Positions 11,163 to 21,822 of a stretch of 64,000 nucleotides of DNA are shown here, piece after piece. The position numbers and the translations under genes were made by a program. Source of the stretch: an uncultured Methanoregulaceae archaeon (GTDB taxonomy: Archaea > Halobacteriota > Methanomicrobia > Methanomicrobiales > Methanospirillaceae); contig OY970343.1 in assembly GCA_963717525.1 (NCBI GenBank), positions 1,376,001 to 1,440,000 on the forward strand, written 5' to 3'. Each line of letters begins with the position of its first letter. The first letter of the stretch is position 1. The notes below the pieces were generated by a model. It had not been told where the DNA came from and ran no database searches. It saw only the letters and a program-made list of their open reading frames with translations.

Positions 11163-11192
11163 ATTTAGTGTATAGCATCATACGGTTTATAT
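11163..11192 (+). repeat. Left copy of 30-bp inverted repeat (partner 13962-13991)
   Basis: ATTTAGTGTATAGCATCATACGGTTTATAT; 29/30 identical to reverse complement of 13962-13991. Confidence 0.9.
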
Positions 11193-11398
11193 ATAGTTAC
11201 TATAATTCTCAAACAAGGGAGAAAAACCCTAGATAAATGCAGTATTCCGGGAAAAGAACCCCAATATAAGGATTTTTAAGAAATTGCGAAATAGTGTAGG
11301 AATGAGGAACCGTTACGTATTCGTACATCTTTTCCCGTGGGAAAATCTGACGGGCGCAAGTGAACCTGGCTTATCAGGAAGAGAGGATAGGAGAATTT

Positions 11399-12320
11399 TC
11401 ACGAGTTTTCGTTATCGCTGGAGAGCGGGAAGAACTGCTGGTAGACCTGGCGGCGTTCATCGATATCTGTATGCAGGTAAATTTCCGTCGTCTTTATGGA
11501 GGTATGGCCAAGATTCTCCTGCACAACCCGGAGATTCTTGGACCGGCGGTACAGTTCGCTTGCATAGCTGTGACGGATCTTGTGTGGGGTGATACCAGGA
11601 GGGGCATAATATTTGAAAATATGCTGGATAGCCCTCGGAGAGATGTGCTTACCCTGCTGACCGATAAACAGGGGACCATCGATCCTGTTGCCCGCAAAAG
11701 TTCGGATCCCGGAGAGTGTCTCATCATCGACGAAAACAATCCGGATCTTGTCCCCTTTCCCGCGGATACGAATGGTATGTTCATCGAAATCGATATCTTC
11801 GATATTCATGTTACAGAGCTCGAGATACCCGGACGCCAGTCGAGTAGATCGTTCTTACGATCAGTTTATCCCTCGGATCCTCGATAGAATCGATCAGGCG
11901 GAGTACCTGGTTATGCTTGAGGTATTTTACCTCCTGTTGTTTGATCCGGGGACGTTCAATACCGCTGAGAGGGTTTGCCACAACAGCTCCTTGGGTTGAG
12001 AGAAACCGGTAAAATGAGCTGAGGGTAGAAATAATCCGATGAAACGTTTTGGGTTTATAGGTGCGCATCGTGGAGACAAACGAGAGAAAATCGGTTATCA
12101 TGGATGGCGGCACGTCAACGCTTGTATCAAGCCGGGCATTCTCAAAGTCCTTCCAGAAGAAGACCAGCTTGGTTACTTCGGTATGCCTGCGGAGCCAGAC
12201 ATAATAGCCGAAATGCTTGATCACCTGTTCATAGCTGTCAAGGGTCCGGGAAGAATAGTTGCGCATCCGCAGGTAATTTCGGTAACTTTTGAGCCAGTCC
12301 GAAAAATACCCGCTTCCCAT
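11399..12320 (-). CDS. xerA: XerA-like tyrosine recombinase; apparent +1 indel near 11822
   Basis: N-terminal YSSRTLDSY; catalytic R (TGVRVS), K (GKGDK), HKIRH, LGH, TEIY across ORFs 11811..12320 and 11399..11809. Confidence 0.85.
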
Positions 12321-12353
12321 GGTCTAATCTTTTTTATCTCAAATTAATAAAGG

Positions 12354-12381
12354 TTTGCGCAGAATACCTATTCTGCGCAAT
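12354..12381. other. dif-like recombination site / operator (11-6-11 palindrome)
   Basis: TTTGCGCAGAA-TACCTA-TTCTGCGCAAT directly upstream of xerA. Confidence 0.65.
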
Positions 12382-12880
12382 CCTGAAATTCCAAAAGAGG
12401 GGCAGATTCACGGTATTTGGAAGTTGCAATTCAGTGAATTGATCATCTCATTATTCCATTCAATCATGAAGTTTTGGGGGACATACCCATATGCAACGGC
12501 CATCTACTCAACGGTATGCTGGTTTCTTTATTCATTCTCATCTTAAGAGCAAAAAGGGCGTTTTTTTCATTTTCACCATACTTTTGCTCATTCAGTCGTA
12601 CTAATGGGCTGGAAACGCTGCTATTGCAATCTACCGTCGAACGTGGTCTCCGAGGAGGCCTTTGTAACCCAGCCTGATAAAAATTACCTGATAACCGGAA
12701 TCAGGTATACAACGGGATGCTGAAAACCATTATAGCAGAAACCGGATATTATGCACTACAATTTTCCAAAATGTGGATTATTCCAGAATTTCCAAAATTT
12801 CTCCGCCGAGGATATCTGGATTTCCCTTATTTTTCCCAATGTGAACTGTCCAGAACCTGGCCTACAATTCCGATATTTTT

Positions 12881-13507
12881 TCATGATTTACCCATCTCCT
12901 CACGTTGCGAATTATGCCGGTACAGCGTTGTATAATGGATATCCAGAATCCGGAAAATTGCCGCAATGAGGATATTTTTCCCCTGTAATTCCTGTATACG
13001 TTTCCACGGGATGACCCTTTTTTGCCTGCCGAGCGTTACCCCTTCCGCTTTCGCCCGGGCGATACCACGTGTTGTGCGTTCGATCAGATTTTTCCGTTCA
13101 TGGTCAGCAATCCACGAGAAGATCGAGAGCATAAGATTCCATAGTTTTTTATCTTCAATTCTGCTCCAGGATTCGGCTCGAGATAACGACCAGCCCCGGG
13201 TCCCGGATTCTCCGAGAGAAAGAAGCATATTCAATGTGTTAAGAAAGGACCGCCCCATCCGCGAAATTTCAAAAAAATACAACATGATTGGTTTCCCGGG
13301 ATGCGCCCTTATGAACTGGATCATGAGGGAACATCCTTCACGGTTCTGCATGGTGGAGATTCCCGACACAGGATCTACATAGATTAAATCCCGTGAGAGC
13401 CCTTCCTCAAGCAGAATCCTGATCTGATTCTCGACATTCTGATTTTCCCGGGAAACGCGGACATGGTCAAAAGGGGGATAAACATTTGGGTATCTTAAAT
13501 CGCTCAT
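12881..13507 (-). CDS. Serine recombinase (resolvase/invertase family)
   Basis: VRVS..Q..ENQ catalytic motif, EISRMGRS, ERKNLIERTTRGIARAKAEGVTLGR, C-terminal HTH (YTTLYR). Confidence 0.85.
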   Translation of the reverse strand: MSDLRYPNVYPPFDHVRVSRENQNVENQIRILLEEGLSRDLIYVDPVSGISTMQNREGCSLMIQFIRAHPGKPIMLYFFEISRMGRSFLNTLNMLLSLGESGTRGWSLSRAESWSRIEDKKLWNLMLSIFSWIADHERKNLIERTTRGIARAKAEGVTLGRQKRVIPWKRIQELQGKNILIAAIFRILDIHYTTLYRHNSQREEMGKS

Positions 13508-13961
13508 TTTTGATTAATAAAACCGGGAAAAACATGCCCTAAAATGGAAAAATAAACATCGCATCGACGATTTGTATTTGGAAAATCTGGATTTATCCGG
13601 ATAGTGATCGATTCAAGTTCGCTCGATTGTTAGCCAAGAAAACAGGGGGGGCGTTAGTTTAAAAGAAATGAAGGGGTTCCACAGACAGTAACCAGAAACT
13701 GTCTCACTGAACACAAAAAAAGACAATAAAACGCCGCATCTGCCAATTACAGACTCAAAAAGTTTCCTGTTTTTCTATCGTAAACGCGCCAGATAAGCCA
13801 CAAATAGCCATAAATTCGCAATAGAAATCTCTTCCCAAGAGAGACGTTGAGGGTGTTTGCCTGGGAAAACGGCAAATTCCATATCATCCGAACCAGTCAA
13901 AAATTCCGAAATGCAAAAGAATTTTCTATAAATCCCCCGATAAATTGAAGATTTTTTATTG

Positions 13962-13991
13962 ATATAAACCATATGATGCTATACACTAAAT
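13962..13991 (-). repeat. Right copy of 30-bp inverted repeat
   Basis: ATATAAACCATATGATGCTATACACTAAAT on + strand. Confidence 0.9.
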
Positions 13992-14275
13992 GAACAGATA
14001 TTATCTTAAACTAAGGAAAAAGATTAACGGGAAAAACCGGAGGGGATATGCTCGAAGGCACATATTTTTCATAATGAGAGTAAGAGCTACAACAAAAGAG
14101 AAGATATGGAAATATGCAAAGTGGCCTCTGGTTTTGATCAGAACATCTGCAACCATTGACATTTAATAAGCAGCATCAGATCGCGAAAAGATCCGTTTAT
14201 CCTCAATTCAAACTTTAGGTAGAGAATACGAAGCCAAACAATTATGGTATTAAAGGGAACCATTGGTAATGTAGT

Positions 14276-14632
14276 ATGACAACGGACAACCAGTTCTTAA
14301 GTACAAACGAGGTGGCGAAGATCCTTGGTGTTCACCAGAAAACCGTCCACCACTGGCTCCGTACCGGAAGGCTTGTCGGCACAAAAATCTCCTATCGCGC
14401 CTGGCGGATCTCTCGTTCGGCATTGGAAGATTTCATCGAACAGAACAGTAATGTACATTCAGGAAATACAATCCCGGCATCACGTGAATCTGACAAAAAA
14501 ACACCCCATACTAAAAATCAGGGAGACAGTGATCTCCCTGGAACTTCTGGAACCCGTCCCGGAACAGAGATGAAACACTATATCCGGGATATCATGGGAG
14601 AAGATAGCAACATGCAAAAAAACAATGGGTAG
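14276..14632 (+). CDS. Excisionase-family (HTH_17 / MerR-like) DNA-binding protein
   Basis: FLSTNEVAKILGVHQKTVHHWLRTGRL...WRISRSALEDFIE. Confidence 0.85.
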   Translation: MTTDNQFLSTNEVAKILGVHQKTVHHWLRTGRLVGTKISYRAWRISRSALEDFIEQNSNVHSGNTIPASRESDKKTPHTKNQGDSDLPGTSGTRPGTEMKHYIRDIMGEDSNMQKNNG

Positions 14633-15100
14633 CCGAATCGGCCGTTTTGATTCAATTTTTGATTCAATAATAGAATAATACTAACGGTTAACGATAACAA
14701 AACAATACAAAAAGATACAATATTCCTGAATCAATAAAAGGCGGGTAAATTCCTGGTAAAACACAATCCTCATACAGGGGTGGCTTTTAGGAGAGTCCAA
14801 TCCAGAGCATTACTCCATCTCCCCCACATGCATCATTGTCGATATCCCCCCACTTTACAGATTCACAGCGAACAGGGATTGGAGAACAGATAAAACGCCT
14901 GAAACGCATTTATTTCCTAGCCGCACCGGAAGCCAAGAGAGAATTGATTCGAACACTTCTGAATTCAGAACATATTCATAATTGTCCCCCCTTTTTCCCC
15001 GTGGATAAACCGCATACTGCTATATACAAATGGGATCTAACTAGTAACCAGAACAGAAAGACAACAGTCGTTCATTTTACGTTTCACCGACAAAAACAGG

Positions 15101-15898
15101 ATGATCTTCATGGACGATGACAGCCAGAATGAGATTAACAAATATAAGAAATTCAAAAAAGTAGACGGGGCTACCTACCGGAAAGTCAACCAGTTCCTGC
15201 GTAAACGCACCTATATCACTGCGAGAGAATGGGCGCTTGCACGGCTGTGTACTGATTTCAGGACATCCGGCGGCGCCGAGATGACCTTTATCGGAAAGCA
15301 TCTCCCGGAACTGGTTCCCTTCATGGAGGAGCCGTATTCTCCTCAGGCCGTCAACCAGGCCCGCCATTCGTTCAAGAAAAAAGTTCGAAAAGCAAGCGCT
15401 ACCTTCTTCTATGGGGCGATGTGCGGTTTTTTTACCACAGATGAACTTGATGACCTTCTTTTTGAAGCAAGCGAGGTCTCGCGTTTTCTTCTGGAGGTTG
15501 AGGGTACATCTCTCGATATTGACGAAGAGATTGATATCGAAGACCGCATCACCAAGGTGATGCGGAGCGTGGGAGAGACCGCAAAGACCATACTCACCCA
15601 AAGGACTGACAACACACCGCCAGATGAGATGAAACCCCAAAAACGAGCCGGTGAAGGTACCAGCCCTTCTCCAGAAACTTCATCAGAGATAACCCATGCT
15701 CTCCCGCTGCATATCCAAGCAGAAGATACCTCCATTCTCTCGGGCTCTTCAAATGAGGAACATCCAGACCATGAAACTCAAAAAAATTTGTTAAAGATTC
15801 CGATCGCATCCGAACTAGTGGACACATCTTCATCAGGGAAAAATAATTCAAATCTGGATGATACAAACCGTTCCCATAACCCTGAAGAGGGACAGTAA
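15101..15898 (+). CDS. Conserved euryarchaeal hypothetical protein (recalled as DUF5806-like) with disordered C-tail
   Basis: Long ORF; RTYITAREWALARLC motif; family assignment from memory. Confidence 0.55.
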   Translation: MIFMDDDSQNEINKYKKFKKVDGATYRKVNQFLRKRTYITAREWALARLCTDFRTSGGAEMTFIGKHLPELVPFMEEPYSPQAVNQARHSFKKKVRKASATFFYGAMCGFFTTDELDDLLFEASEVSRFLLEVEGTSLDIDEEIDIEDRITKVMRSVGETAKTILTQRTDNTPPDEMKPQKRAGEGTSPSPETSSEITHALPLHIQAEDTSILSGSSNEEHPDHETQKNLLKIPIASELVDTSSSGKNNSNLDDTNRSHNPEEGQ

Positions 15899-15900
15899 TC

Positions 15901-16311
15901 ATGAAAATTATCCCGGTTACCGGTCTTGCGAACTCAGGGAAGACCTCGTTCATCCGGAATCTCATCCCCGTGCTGAAATCTTATGGAAGCGTGGGCGTGA
16001 TCAAGCATCTCGGGGATCATGAGTACCGTCAGGAAGAGGGGAAGGATACAACCGTGTTTTTTGAGAACGGGGCTGATATCTCGGCGGGCATCGACTCCGG
16101 TAAATCCGTCGTTGCCCTCCGCACAATCGATCTGGATGTAATACTCCTTCTATTCAAACAGCAGGGGATCGATTTTGCAGTTATTGAAGGGTTCAAAACG
16201 CGCGATTTCCCGAAGATCATTATAGGGGATCTCCCCAGTGATACCTGCATCCTGCGAAACCCAACCGCTGATCAGGTTGTTTCCTCACTCACCCGGTTCG
16301 AAGATTATTAA
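15901..16311 (+). CDS. mobB: Molybdopterin-guanine dinucleotide biosynthesis protein B
   Basis: GLANSGKT, VGVIKH, GKDT, IEGFK. Confidence 0.85.
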   Translation: MKIIPVTGLANSGKTSFIRNLIPVLKSYGSVGVIKHLGDHEYRQEEGKDTTVFFENGADISAGIDSGKSVVALRTIDLDVILLLFKQQGIDFAVIEGFKTRDFPKIIIGDLPSDTCILRNPTADQVVSSLTRFEDY

Positions 16312-16341
16312 AATGCAAAAACCCGATGAATCTTAACGAAA

Positions 16342-17715
16342 ATGGCAATAAAAAAGATCCAGAAACAGCTCTTTGGAACAAACGGGGTCCGGGGAATCGC
16401 AGGAAAAGAGATTACTCCGGAGCTCACTCTCCATATTGGTAAAGCGCTTGGCACGATGCGACCAGGACAGATCGCGGTCGGCCGGGATACCCGGACCACC
16501 GGCCCGGTCCTTGCCAATGCGCTCAAGGCAGGACTTCTTGCAACCGGGTGCGAGGTTATTGATTGTGGCATATTACCGACGCCTGCCCTTCAGTACATCG
16601 TAAAAGAACACTATGACGGAGGGGCGATGATCACAGCCTCTCACAATCCTCCGGAGTATAATGGAGTGAAAATTATCGAACCTGACGGGACCGAGATGGG
16701 TGATGAAGAGACCATCCGGCTCGAAGAGCTGCTGTCAGATCATTCAATACCGGTCAGACCCTGGAATCAGGTTGGAACAGAGGTGACAGCTCTCCATCTG
16801 GTCGACGAATATATTCATGCTGTTGCCAGCCAGTTTGAAGAAAATATTGGAAGAGGAATGACGATCGTGGTTGATCCCGGATCCGGCCCGGCCTGCCAGA
16901 CCACCCCGGCAATCCTCCAGGCGCTGGGATGCCGCGTGCTTACCATCAATGGAGTTATGGATGGGACGTTTCCGGGGCGTTTACCGGAGCCTTCCCCGGA
17001 AGGCCTCGAAGGGCTTGCCGCACTGGTTCTGGCAAGTCACGCGGCATTCGGTGTCGCCCATGACGGTGATGCGGACCGGGCCGTGTTCATCGATAACAAA
17101 GGCGTTTTTGTGGAAGAGAATGATGAATTTGCACTCATTGTACAGCATATCTGCAAAAACGCGAAAGGCATAATTGTCACACCGGTCAGTACCTCCCAGG
17201 TAGTCGAACTGGTTGCCGTTGCCGCAGGATGTACTGTGCAGTACACCCCGGTCGGAAGTATCTATGTCGCCCGGACCATGCGTCAACTCGTAGAAACCGG
17301 AAATCCAGTGATATTCGGAGGAGAAGGCAATGGAGGTCTGATCTTCCCGAACCATCAGTTCTGCCGCGATGGTGGAATGACCGCTGCAGCGATGGTCTCG
17401 CTTCTTGCTGAAACCGGCAAGAGTCTGTCATCACTCATCGGGCAGTTGCCGAAGCGGTATATGATAAAGGAAAAGATCTCAACAACCCATGGAGCACAAC
17501 TTATCGAAGGACTCGGAAAATACTATGAAGGGGAGTCTGTTGATCATACAGATGGCCTGAAAATCAAAAGGCACAAAAAGTGGGCATTAATCAGAGCTTC
17601 TGGAACAGAACCACTTGTCCGCATCATGGTGGACGCCGCTGAGCGCGATGCAGGACTGGATCTGCTTTCTGAAATAAAAACATCGGTCTCTGAGATCCTT
17701 GACGAACTCCCGTGA
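16342..17715 (+). CDS. glmM: Phosphoglucosamine mutase / phosphohexomutase
   Basis: FGTNGVRG, TASHNP, DGDADR, GEGNGG, RASGTEP. Confidence 0.88.
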   Translation: MAIKKIQKQLFGTNGVRGIAGKEITPELTLHIGKALGTMRPGQIAVGRDTRTTGPVLANALKAGLLATGCEVIDCGILPTPALQYIVKEHYDGGAMITASHNPPEYNGVKIIEPDGTEMGDEETIRLEELLSDHSIPVRPWNQVGTEVTALHLVDEYIHAVASQFEENIGRGMTIVVDPGSGPACQTTPAILQALGCRVLTINGVMDGTFPGRLPEPSPEGLEGLAALVLASHAAFGVAHDGDADRAVFIDNKGVFVEENDEFALIVQHICKNAKGIIVTPVSTSQVVELVAVAAGCTVQYTPVGSIYVARTMRQLVETGNPVIFGGEGNGGLIFPNHQFCRDGGMTAAAMVSLLAETGKSLSSLIGQLPKRYMIKEKISTTHGAQLIEGLGKYYEGESVDHTDGLKIKRHKKWALIRASGTEPLVRIMVDAAERDAGLDLLSEIKTSVSEILDELP

Positions 17716-17950
17716 GCAGGGGGCATTTCCTTCTGGTATCAGGATGATGGAGATAATCAATTTTTTTATAATTATAATATGTTCGATGGGGGATGTTTTA
17801 ATAGAACGTAACAAATAGACCGAAAAATCATTAAAATACAGATTTTGCAAAAATTTCAATGGAAATTCAAAAACAGAACTAATTTATGATTTATTGAAAA
17901 CACAAATTATATAAACTATTTGAGTTAATGTCACTTTGCTTCAATGATAA

Positions 17951-20900
17951 ATGCAACAACAGAGTGGCGTAATGATCCTATCTGCAACAGTTACAGAAAA
18001 AATACGACAGGCTCTCCTTAAGAAAGACTGGGGAGGGATCGATACAATTGTTGCCGACTCATTGCGGTTTAAGGAAAAACGGGCCCGGGCGCTGATGCAG
18101 CGAACCGTAAATGAGGTCATCCTTGATAGTGCAATTCAGAACAATATACCTGAAACACTCCTGGCAATTCGTACTATCCCTCCAGAAGGTGTGGATGATT
18201 TTTTCTTGATGGTTTTAAAACAGTATATAAAAACGGGAAATAAAAAATGGTTTGACATACTCTTCGTTCTCTCGGAAAAACTGGGAAAAAAAAGTTTGCA
18301 ATCAAAGATTGTCGCTCGCGTCGTGCAGGAACTCATCTCAGAAGGGATCACTGAATCTGATCCCTCATATATCGAACGTGGATTGGCAGTTTTGAATAAA
18401 ATCACGTTCAGGAAGTACCGGTCGGATTGTATTGTTGAATCTGCATTCAAAATCACCAGGTGGACAATTCTCAGTGGTAATAGTAAGCTTCTCTTCCAGG
18501 TCCGTGACCTTATCAGCGGGATTAAGGATGTATCAAAACGGGCGGCATTGCATGCAGAGATAGCACAAGCACTGGCCGCAATAGCAATTAAAAACGGAGA
18601 TTTCCACCTCTTTCTTGAAAGCATTCAATTCACGGCAGAAATTCACCAGAAACTCCGAAGGAGAGACTGCCTTAACCATATTATCAGCACGGGAATGAGA
18701 TCATCTTTTGGAAAAGATCTTCTTGATGTCCGTGCACTTATTACCCATTTTGAAGAACTCCCTCGTGATATTCAGGAGGAACTGATCAACTCCCTGACGG
18801 AACAACTTCTGGAACGGGTAAAAAATAAAAATCAGATCCATGATGATTTCCATTTTCTCAATAAGAAACTGCCCTTTGTTCGTGACCGCCTTATACAGAA
18901 TCTCTTGAAAATGGCAGAGCGATCCGGTGATCCGTGGTATCTTACAACTGCCGTTGACTTCCTCAAGGACAACCTGTCAGAAGAGAAGTCCGGGGTCAAA
19001 GATATCGTTCGGACGGGGATTGCCGTAGCCAGACATACCCACTCAACTCAGGTTCTTGTTAATCTTATACCGTTTGTGGAAAAAGCATGCAGCCGTCATG
19101 AAACCCCGGCGATCTATCTGCAGTTTTCGCAAATTATGCTGGAACTGGGAGATTTTGACCGTGCCACCACCTTGTTTTCCCAGATAATACCTCCTTATGA
19201 AAGTTCACCCCAGTATTGCGTCTGCCTTGCAAAATTACTCGAAGAGGGGATATCACATGACCAAGGATCGTCACAATTTGAGGAGATGCTGGGGAAAAAT
19301 AATCCTGCGGTCATTTCAAATGCCATATCCCAGACGATTCACCAGATCGGTCATGTTTCACGGTTTGGAGATATTGTAAAACACAGTGGTTCGTTAAAAC
19401 AGCTCCTGACCCTGCATACAGGATATGACGCCGATATCGTAGATTTTATCACAGCCCTGACAAACCGGGGATTTCTTGATTCCTGTGATTCTTTTATCCT
19501 GGTAGATCTTGCAAAATTAATCCAGAACCCATCGGTCAGGGAACAGGCAATATCAACCGTGGTGATGAAACTCGCGGAAATTGGCGTGAGAACCGGAAAC
19601 CGTGATTTTCTCCAGCAAGCCGTGGGGATCACCTGTCTGATTGAGAGGAGGGAAATCCGCTCTTCAACCCTGAGCAGCATCATTGACGACGCAGCTCTTC
19701 TTGCTGCTACCCAGGGGGACCTCGATCTCCTGTTACGAATGCGAATATGGAGCAGTTCCTTTCTGGACGCCGGCCTTGTAGCGTATGCAATTAAAAACAT
19801 TATAGAAGGAGTGATAAAATACGCAACCAGCAAACAGGATCCTGATGCCCTTGATGAAGCGTACCGCATCGCTCAGGATATAGAGGATCCATCGTTGCGC
19901 TTACAGATGTGCGAGCGCATCGCTGAGTCGTTTGTCAAGATAGGTTGCGACCTTATACAGGATCTCTCCATTACACAGACGAACCAGGTGAATACCACTA
20001 TCTTGTTAAAACCTTTTAAAAGAAGCCTTCAATTGTTAAAGGCCGAGGTGAAAAAGCCCCAGATCTCTTTGAAAATTGCCGGAATGATTGACATAATACT
20101 CTTCTCCTCAAAAAAGAGCACCGGGCGAGATTACATTCTTCCTTTGGCATTGTATTCCCTAGAGATAGAGAAACCCCTGGAACGCAATGCCATGATGTCG
20201 CGGATAATCGCCAAACTCAGCGAGGATATTGTTTATCCGGACTCCGCAGATCCCTACGAAGTCCTTGCGTACATTCTCCAGAACTGCTATCGCCTGAAAT
20301 CAACTCCTGAAACTATTGACCTTATTCATCGACTTCTTGATCTCATGCATGATCCCTTTATACGCCTCAGGGAATTGTGCACCCTTGCAGATTCAGCCTT
20401 CCGGATAAACGATCTCGTTCTATGCCAGAAAATTCTCGACGAGGTTTATCTGGCTCTCCCAAGTCTTCCCGCAGAATACCAGAAAATCCTGATTCTCGCG
20501 GATTTGACCACCGGATTTCGCGAGATCGACATGGAAAAATCAAGACTCTGTTTACATGAAGGGCTGGATATATTGCGGTTTGTGGAGCCTGACCGGAATA
20601 CCCTCGTACGCCGGCAGTTGGTATCCGCAATTGTCCGTACGGGCACCCTGCTTCCTGAAAAAATCAGGATGGATCTTATTTTAGAGATAATAGAAAAAAT
20701 CTCCGATCCGATAGAATATGTAACAGCACTCATTTCTGCATACTCCCTGGAGCGCGAATACAGGGGTGAAAATACCCTGCATCACATTTCAGAAGCAATC
20801 GCGCGAATTGACTCTCCGTACGACCGGGCCATACTTATTTTAAAAATCGTACCTCTGGCACTACAGAACGGCGAGGACGATTTTGCCCTTGACCTGTTGG

Positions 20901-21532
20901 ACAAAGCAGAAAAATTATCAAAATCCATAAACATCCAGCATGTGGCTGATTCAATACGCGATGAAATTGCAGGAATTCTGGTGGATTTTTCCAGAAGGCA
21001 GGGGGATTCAAAATATCTGAAAAAATCAGCGGAAATTATTGCACTTATAGAAGATGATTATTTACGTCAGTATCGTCTGGCCCAGATAGGTTTTGAGGAT
21101 GCACTGGAAAATAGCGTCCCCCATACAAAAATCATGTCAATCCTGACACGGATTAATAACGGGGGAGCGCCCGGGCAGATTATGACACTTGAACAGACCG
21201 TCCGTTCCATTACCGATCGGGGGAAAAGGGCACTTATCTATTGCAGGCTCTCCATTCTTTCCCGGGATAAGGCGGATCTGAAGACAGCAAAACGGATGTT
21301 AAATAATGCAATAAAAGAATCGGATATAATCAGACCCCTTTCAAAAAGGGCATACATACGATGTGATATCGCGATAAAGATGTATACTGCAGGTTATGAG
21401 AGCGTTGCACAGGATATCCTTGACGATGCAATAGATGCAGCTACAAACATCAGGCAGTCCATTCTCCGGGACGAGGTCTTTAATGAATTAAGGCTTGCCA
21501 TGAGAGTAATGCAGGGAGGCGGGCAGGAATGA
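17951..21532 (+). CDS. Large (1193 aa) predicted alpha-helical repeat (TPR/HEAT-like) protein
   Basis: Uninterrupted AT-rich ORF; recurring 'A..I.DP..R...L..IA' helical units; no enzyme motif seen. Confidence 0.7.
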   Translation: MQQQSGVMILSATVTEKIRQALLKKDWGGIDTIVADSLRFKEKRARALMQRTVNEVILDSAIQNNIPETLLAIRTIPPEGVDDFFLMVLKQYIKTGNKKWFDILFVLSEKLGKKSLQSKIVARVVQELISEGITESDPSYIERGLAVLNKITFRKYRSDCIVESAFKITRWTILSGNSKLLFQVRDLISGIKDVSKRAALHAEIAQALAAIAIKNGDFHLFLESIQFTAEIHQKLRRRDCLNHIISTGMRSSFGKDLLDVRALITHFEELPRDIQEELINSLTEQLLERVKNKNQIHDDFHFLNKKLPFVRDRLIQNLLKMAERSGDPWYLTTAVDFLKDNLSEEKSGVKDIVRTGIAVARHTHSTQVLVNLIPFVEKACSRHETPAIYLQFSQIMLELGDFDRATTLFSQIIPPYESSPQYCVCLAKLLEEGISHDQGSSQFEEMLGKNNPAVISNAISQTIHQIGHVSRFGDIVKHSGSLKQLLTLHTGYDADIVDFITALTNRGFLDSCDSFILVDLAKLIQNPSVREQAISTVVMKLAEIGVRTGNRDFLQQAVGITCLIERREIRSSTLSSIIDDAALLAATQGDLDLLLRMRIWSSSFLDAGLVAYAIKNIIEGVIKYATSKQDPDALDEAYRIAQDIEDPSLRLQMCERIAESFVKIGCDLIQDLSITQTNQVNTTILLKPFKRSLQLLKAEVKKPQISLKIAGMIDIILFSSKKSTGRDYILPLALYSLEIEKPLERNAMMSRIIAKLSEDIVYPDSADPYEVLAYILQNCYRLKSTPETIDLIHRLLDLMHDPFIRLRELCTLADSAFRINDLVLCQKILDEVYLALPSLPAEYQKILILADLTTGFREIDMEKSRLCLHEGLDILRFVEPDRNTLVRRQLVSAIVRTGTLLPEKIRMDLILEIIEKISDPIEYVTALISAYSLEREYRGENTLHHISEAIARIDSPYDRAILILKIVPLALQNGEDDFALDLLDKAEKLSKSINIQHVADSIRDEIAGILVDFSRRQGDSKYLKKSAEIIALIEDDYLRQYRLAQIGFEDALENSVPHTKIMSILTRINNGGAPGQIMTLEQTVRSITDRGKRALIYCRLSILSRDKADLKTAKRMLNNAIKESDIIRPLSKRAYIRCDIAIKMYTAGYESVAQDILDDAIDAATNIRQSILRDEVFNELRLAMRVMQGGGQE

Positions 21533-21822
21533 AAACCCTTGAGATTATAATAACCGGCAGAGTACAGAAGGTAGGTTTTCGTGCCTGTGCAAGAAAGATC
21601 GCCATAGATCTCAATGTTACCGGTACGGTTATGAATCTCGCTGACGGGAAAGTTCAGATCTATGCATCCGCAGACCCAATTATTCTTGAAAAATTCATTT
21701 CAATGCTCTATAGTTGCCCACGAGCGGTGATAAGGGATATGCACGCAACGGAAATTCTGCCAAGAACCTATGCAGAATTTTCTATCATCAAAAATAATGG
21801 AAGAATCAGTACATTACTGTAA
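21529..21822 (+). CDS. Acylphosphatase-family protein
   Basis: TGRVQKVGFR and GTVMNLADGKV; ATGA overlap with upstream gene. Confidence 0.85.
   Translation: MKTLEIIITGRVQKVGFRACARKIAIDLNVTGTVMNLADGKVQIYASADPIILEKFISMLYSCPRAVIRDMHATEILPRTYAEFSIIKNNGRISTLL

Noticed and set aside
10511..14632. xerA region as a tRNA-Gln-integrated island
   Set aside because: It lies upstream of the tRNA's 5' end and no duplicate of the tRNA sequence was found; the recombinase looks like chromosomal XerA.
13630..15010. ORB-like G-strings (GAAATGAAGGGGT at ~13665; TCCACGGGGAAAAAGGGGGG on minus at ~14986-15005) as oriC
   Set aside because: Only partial matches, dispersed, and no adjacent cdc6; insufficient without skew analysis.
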